Shown: piece after piece, positions 60,945 to 64,000 of the stretch
Layout of the letters: each line of letters begins with the position of its first letter
Position numbering within the stretch: position 1 is the stretch's first letter
Source: Amoebophrya sp. A120
Lineage: Eukaryota > Protista > Dinoflagellata
Assembly (NCBI GenBank): GCA_905178155.1
Contig: CAJINV010000011.1
Span: 767,982-831,981 of the forward strand
Length of the DNA stretch: 64,000 nt
Direction: 5' to 3'
Notes under the pieces: generated by a model
The model's input: only the letters and a program-made list of their open reading frames with translations
What the model was told of the DNA's origin: nothing
Databases searched by the model: none
Translations under genes and position numbers: made by a program

Positions 60945-61929
60945 ATTCCGGAAGACGTCTTGTCGCAGCTCTGTCGTAACAGTAGATCAAGCATTATTTC
61001 CAAGATAACAAAGTTTATTTTTGGATGCGGTTCATTCATCGTGCTGGAGAGCAAAAGAAAAGCGCATGGAGCTACAGCATTCTCACTAACCACCCGGAAC
61101 GAAACGAAAAAATAGCACGAGTCGCTAAGTGGAAGTGCTACTTGGTTACAGAGGTAAAGACGTAAAATTAAGAAAGCTTCAAGTGCTAAAAATCCGCTGC
61201 CTTCAAGCTGCGTGTACACAGCGGTGTAAAATTTGTTCTTCTGGTGAGCAGTTACAATCATTATTCAAAAAAGTCAAAAGCGCGAAGATTTGGCGCCATT
61301 CGGTGGTCACTGGGATGTAGTAGCACTTTACAAATAAAGTGGGCTACTTTGTGCAACTTGAACTTCTAGAAAGGGATGGGGAAATGAAACAACAGCAAAA
61401 CGGAATCCATTGAGTGACCCTGATTTTTTTTCTCTGCGCCCATCGGTCGTGAGTCGGTCCTTGCTTGAAGTCCTACCAAATGTTAATGTAAATGTTGTCC
61501 ACCCGTAGGTATGATAAATAATAATTCTGGAAGAAGACCTCATCTTCAAGCACGTTGGGCCACATACAAAAGTTTGTTGAAAGAGTTAGAGTGCTTTATT
61601 GGGTCCACCTGTTTATCACATCGGTCTACTTACAGAATCCATGTGCTGTCTGTCACTGTCTGTCACCCCGTCGTGCTGTGCTTCATTGTTCTTTTTTTCG
61701 AGTTTGACCCGCACTTCTAGGTACTGGCCTATGCCGTGTGAAGAAACCATACTATTTTGACTCAAGACCAAAATCGTGACCGTGAGAGTTTACAGGGGAA
61801 AAAAAAACAGCACATAAAGAAAACAATTCATTATACATTCTTTTTCAGTACAATAATCACGACATCTGGTGTTTGCATAGAAAGCACAGAGCTTGATAGA
61901 TTGAAACACGAAGAAGCTCCACTGCAAGT

Positions 61930-63150
61930 ATGGCTATGGTAAACAACCTTCCTACTTTCCACAGTGGTGGGTCGATGCCGTCCTCCACCCGGCGCGGGCC
62001 CGCGGGCGTGAAGCGGGGTCTGCAGACTGTCGAGGAATTTCAGCCTACCTCAGACCCAAACCTGCTAAAGGATGAGTACGGAAACACGCACGAACGCGAA
62101 GATGTCCCCGTGTCGCCCACGGAGAGTGAGGCCGTGCAGTCGGAGCACAGCAGCGACAGTCCGAGTGAGGACAAATCTGGCAGCACCTCCGGGGAGGGCG
62201 AGGGCGCGAACTATCAAAGTGAAAAAAGCCCCCACCCCATATCGGAAACGGAAGATGCGCGAATTTGTGATGCTGCATTTGAGTACACAAATCGACTTGT
62301 ATTGCTAGAAGGCCAAGAGACGAAGCTGCGGCCTAAATTGCGGGCAGTCTGTCATGCTGTTTCCCACTTCCAGTTGCCTCCTGTCATCCTGGAGCTGCAA
62401 GGCTTGCCCACGCTAGGCAGCATTACAGTCCGCATCTTTTGCCTTCTAGCATCACAAAGCTGATTTGTGGCCACAAATCTGCATCGCAGATTTCCGCTTT
62501 GATATGGGGAGGGGGCATTTTCATTGTAATACGAACTTTGCGAAAAAAGTCTACACCGCGATCCCCATCCCCTTTGACTTCTTCGGCTATCCACAGGAAA
62601 TTTCCCGTACACGTCCAAATGTGGCTTCCGCATTACAAACTTTTCCTTCGAACCTCTTCAGCATGACAAGTTGCTTCTTCTAAGTTGGTGAAATTTGTGA
62701 TGCATTTTGTACGCGTGCGGGAATTATTTGTATTGCATATCAGCATCGGAAAAAGGACGGCCAGCGCGGCGGACACGTATCTCCTTAATCCCATCGTCGG
62801 GGCCGCGGTAACGGGGGCGAGGCAAACGCTGTATCAGAGTCAGTTTCTTTTTGTCGTTACGTTTTGATTTATTTTCACACAGTCAGATCCAGACGTGATG
62901 TCAAAAGATGTTTTCTGGTACGAAGTACAACGGAATTATTCGCATTGGAATGCAAAAGTAGAAGAAAAAAAACGCAGGATAGATGATGATGATGATGATG
63001 ATGAAACCAGGTTGCCGCAGCTGGAAAAGTGGGCTGGTGTCGACACGGAGAAGGCACAAGCGAAGGAAGCCAGAAACCGGAAGCGCATGCGTGCCAAGGG
63101 CGGAAACAGCAAAAAGCGCACCAAATCGGCCGAGAGACAGATGAACGAGA
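61930..63150 (+). CDS. Hypothetical protein, multi-exon, probably continuing downstream (3' structure unresolved)
   Basis: Frames join across elements 62212 and 62588 (GAN|FAKKVY...FFG|IGKR), then probable conventional introns at ~62839-62886 and from ~63151. Confidence 0.55.
62212..62531. mobile_element. Introner-like TIR element, singleton family G
   Basis: TATCAAAGTGAAAAAAGCCCCCACCCCATATC...GATATGGGGAGGGGGCATTTTCATTGTAATA; TSD CGAAC. Confidence 0.85.
62588..62739. mobile_element. Introner-like TIR element, singleton family H
   Basis: TATCCACAGGAAATTTCCCGTACACGT...ACGCGTGCGGGAATTATTTGTATTGCATA; TSD TCGGC/TCAGC. Confidence 0.8.
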
Positions 63151-64000
63151 GGTACTGTTTTTAGTTTTACTTAAGGATCATGAGTAGAAGAATGCTCATG
63201 CTGTTTCTTGCTGTTGCGTGAGAACAAAGAGGATCTTTACGGTTGTCGTTGCTCGCTACACAACTTTCCTGGACATCAAGAAATACAACCCTTATTTCTT
63301 GATGCACAAATAAACGAATCATCCAACAGTGAGCTTCAACAGCAGCTTTTGAACGAATCGGCCATGCAAGGCGAGCCGGAGACCGAACCGCACACGAACA
63401 ACTCGACCGTCATGAACACGCCGCGGGGCGTGATGACGAGGCCATCGCAATCCTACATGCAGCCCATGCTGACACCCCGAGGGATATGGAGATGAAAAAG
63501 GTTTTTTTCTTGCTCGTTGCGGAGGAACAAACACAAAGTAAAGGTTGGAGCCAGGTGCTGCTGCACGCAGTACATCTGTGTCTCGAAATGCATGTTGACA
63601 GAAATAACCGTCATAGATGAGCAGCCTTTAGCTGCACGGCGTTCCAAGCTGCTGCAACTTACTCGAGTACTCGTACTGAAAGATCCCCAGCAACAAGAGC
63701 GTCAAGGGACTTTTTCATCCCGATACCCCCAGATGGTCCGACCGTCGGCGCAATCCTACATGGACGATGTCGACCCCAGCGGAATGGGATCCATTGTCGC
63801 CTCCGAGGCCAGTATTGTACGTTTTTTTGTCGTCATGCATAGAACAACGTCTCCTACTCCTACAGCTGCAACTGCTGCTTTATTTCTCATGCGCATAATT
63901 GTCAACTCCAAAAAATGGAAGTTGAAACCGAAACGTTTAAAAACTCATTTAGATGGCACGCTTTCAGAGCGGGAGAGGAAGAAAATGGAACTGCTCGGCA

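Overview
Eukaryotic, gene-dense genomic DNA with all well-supported host genes on the + strand. The gene style and intron type point to an alveolate, most likely the parasitic syndinian dinoflagellate Amoebophrya (inference). The dominant feature is about 48 short (mostly 120-320 bp) non-coding elements in at least 6 families plus 2 singletons. They have terminal inverted repeats with TAT...ATA ends and 5-bp target-site duplications (TSDs), and every one I found sits inside a coding exon. Removing each element plus one TSD copy restores the reading frame, usually with no GT-AG available, so they look like non-canonical introner-type introns. Removing 25 of them by hand from 16705-35371 gives an 11,589-nt ORF (3862 aa) with TSP1, PAN/apple-like, GH27 alpha-galactosidase, ricin-like and Cys-rich modules. 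A tandem paralog of its C-terminal part follows, with 14 elements. Other genes are a GT34 glycosyltransferase, an RRM/RD-rich protein, a Cid1/TUTase-type nucleotidyltransferase with a mitochondrial-like presequence, a Cys-repeat type I membrane protein, an FKBP-domain protein and HSBP1. Other mobile DNA is a Helitron-like insert nested in an introner, a 5'-truncated Ty3/Gypsy pol, a non-coding LTR element with twin 585-bp repeats, and a ~1 kb insert with 62-bp flanking direct repeats. All coordinates were read by eye and may be off by a few bases. No database searches were run.
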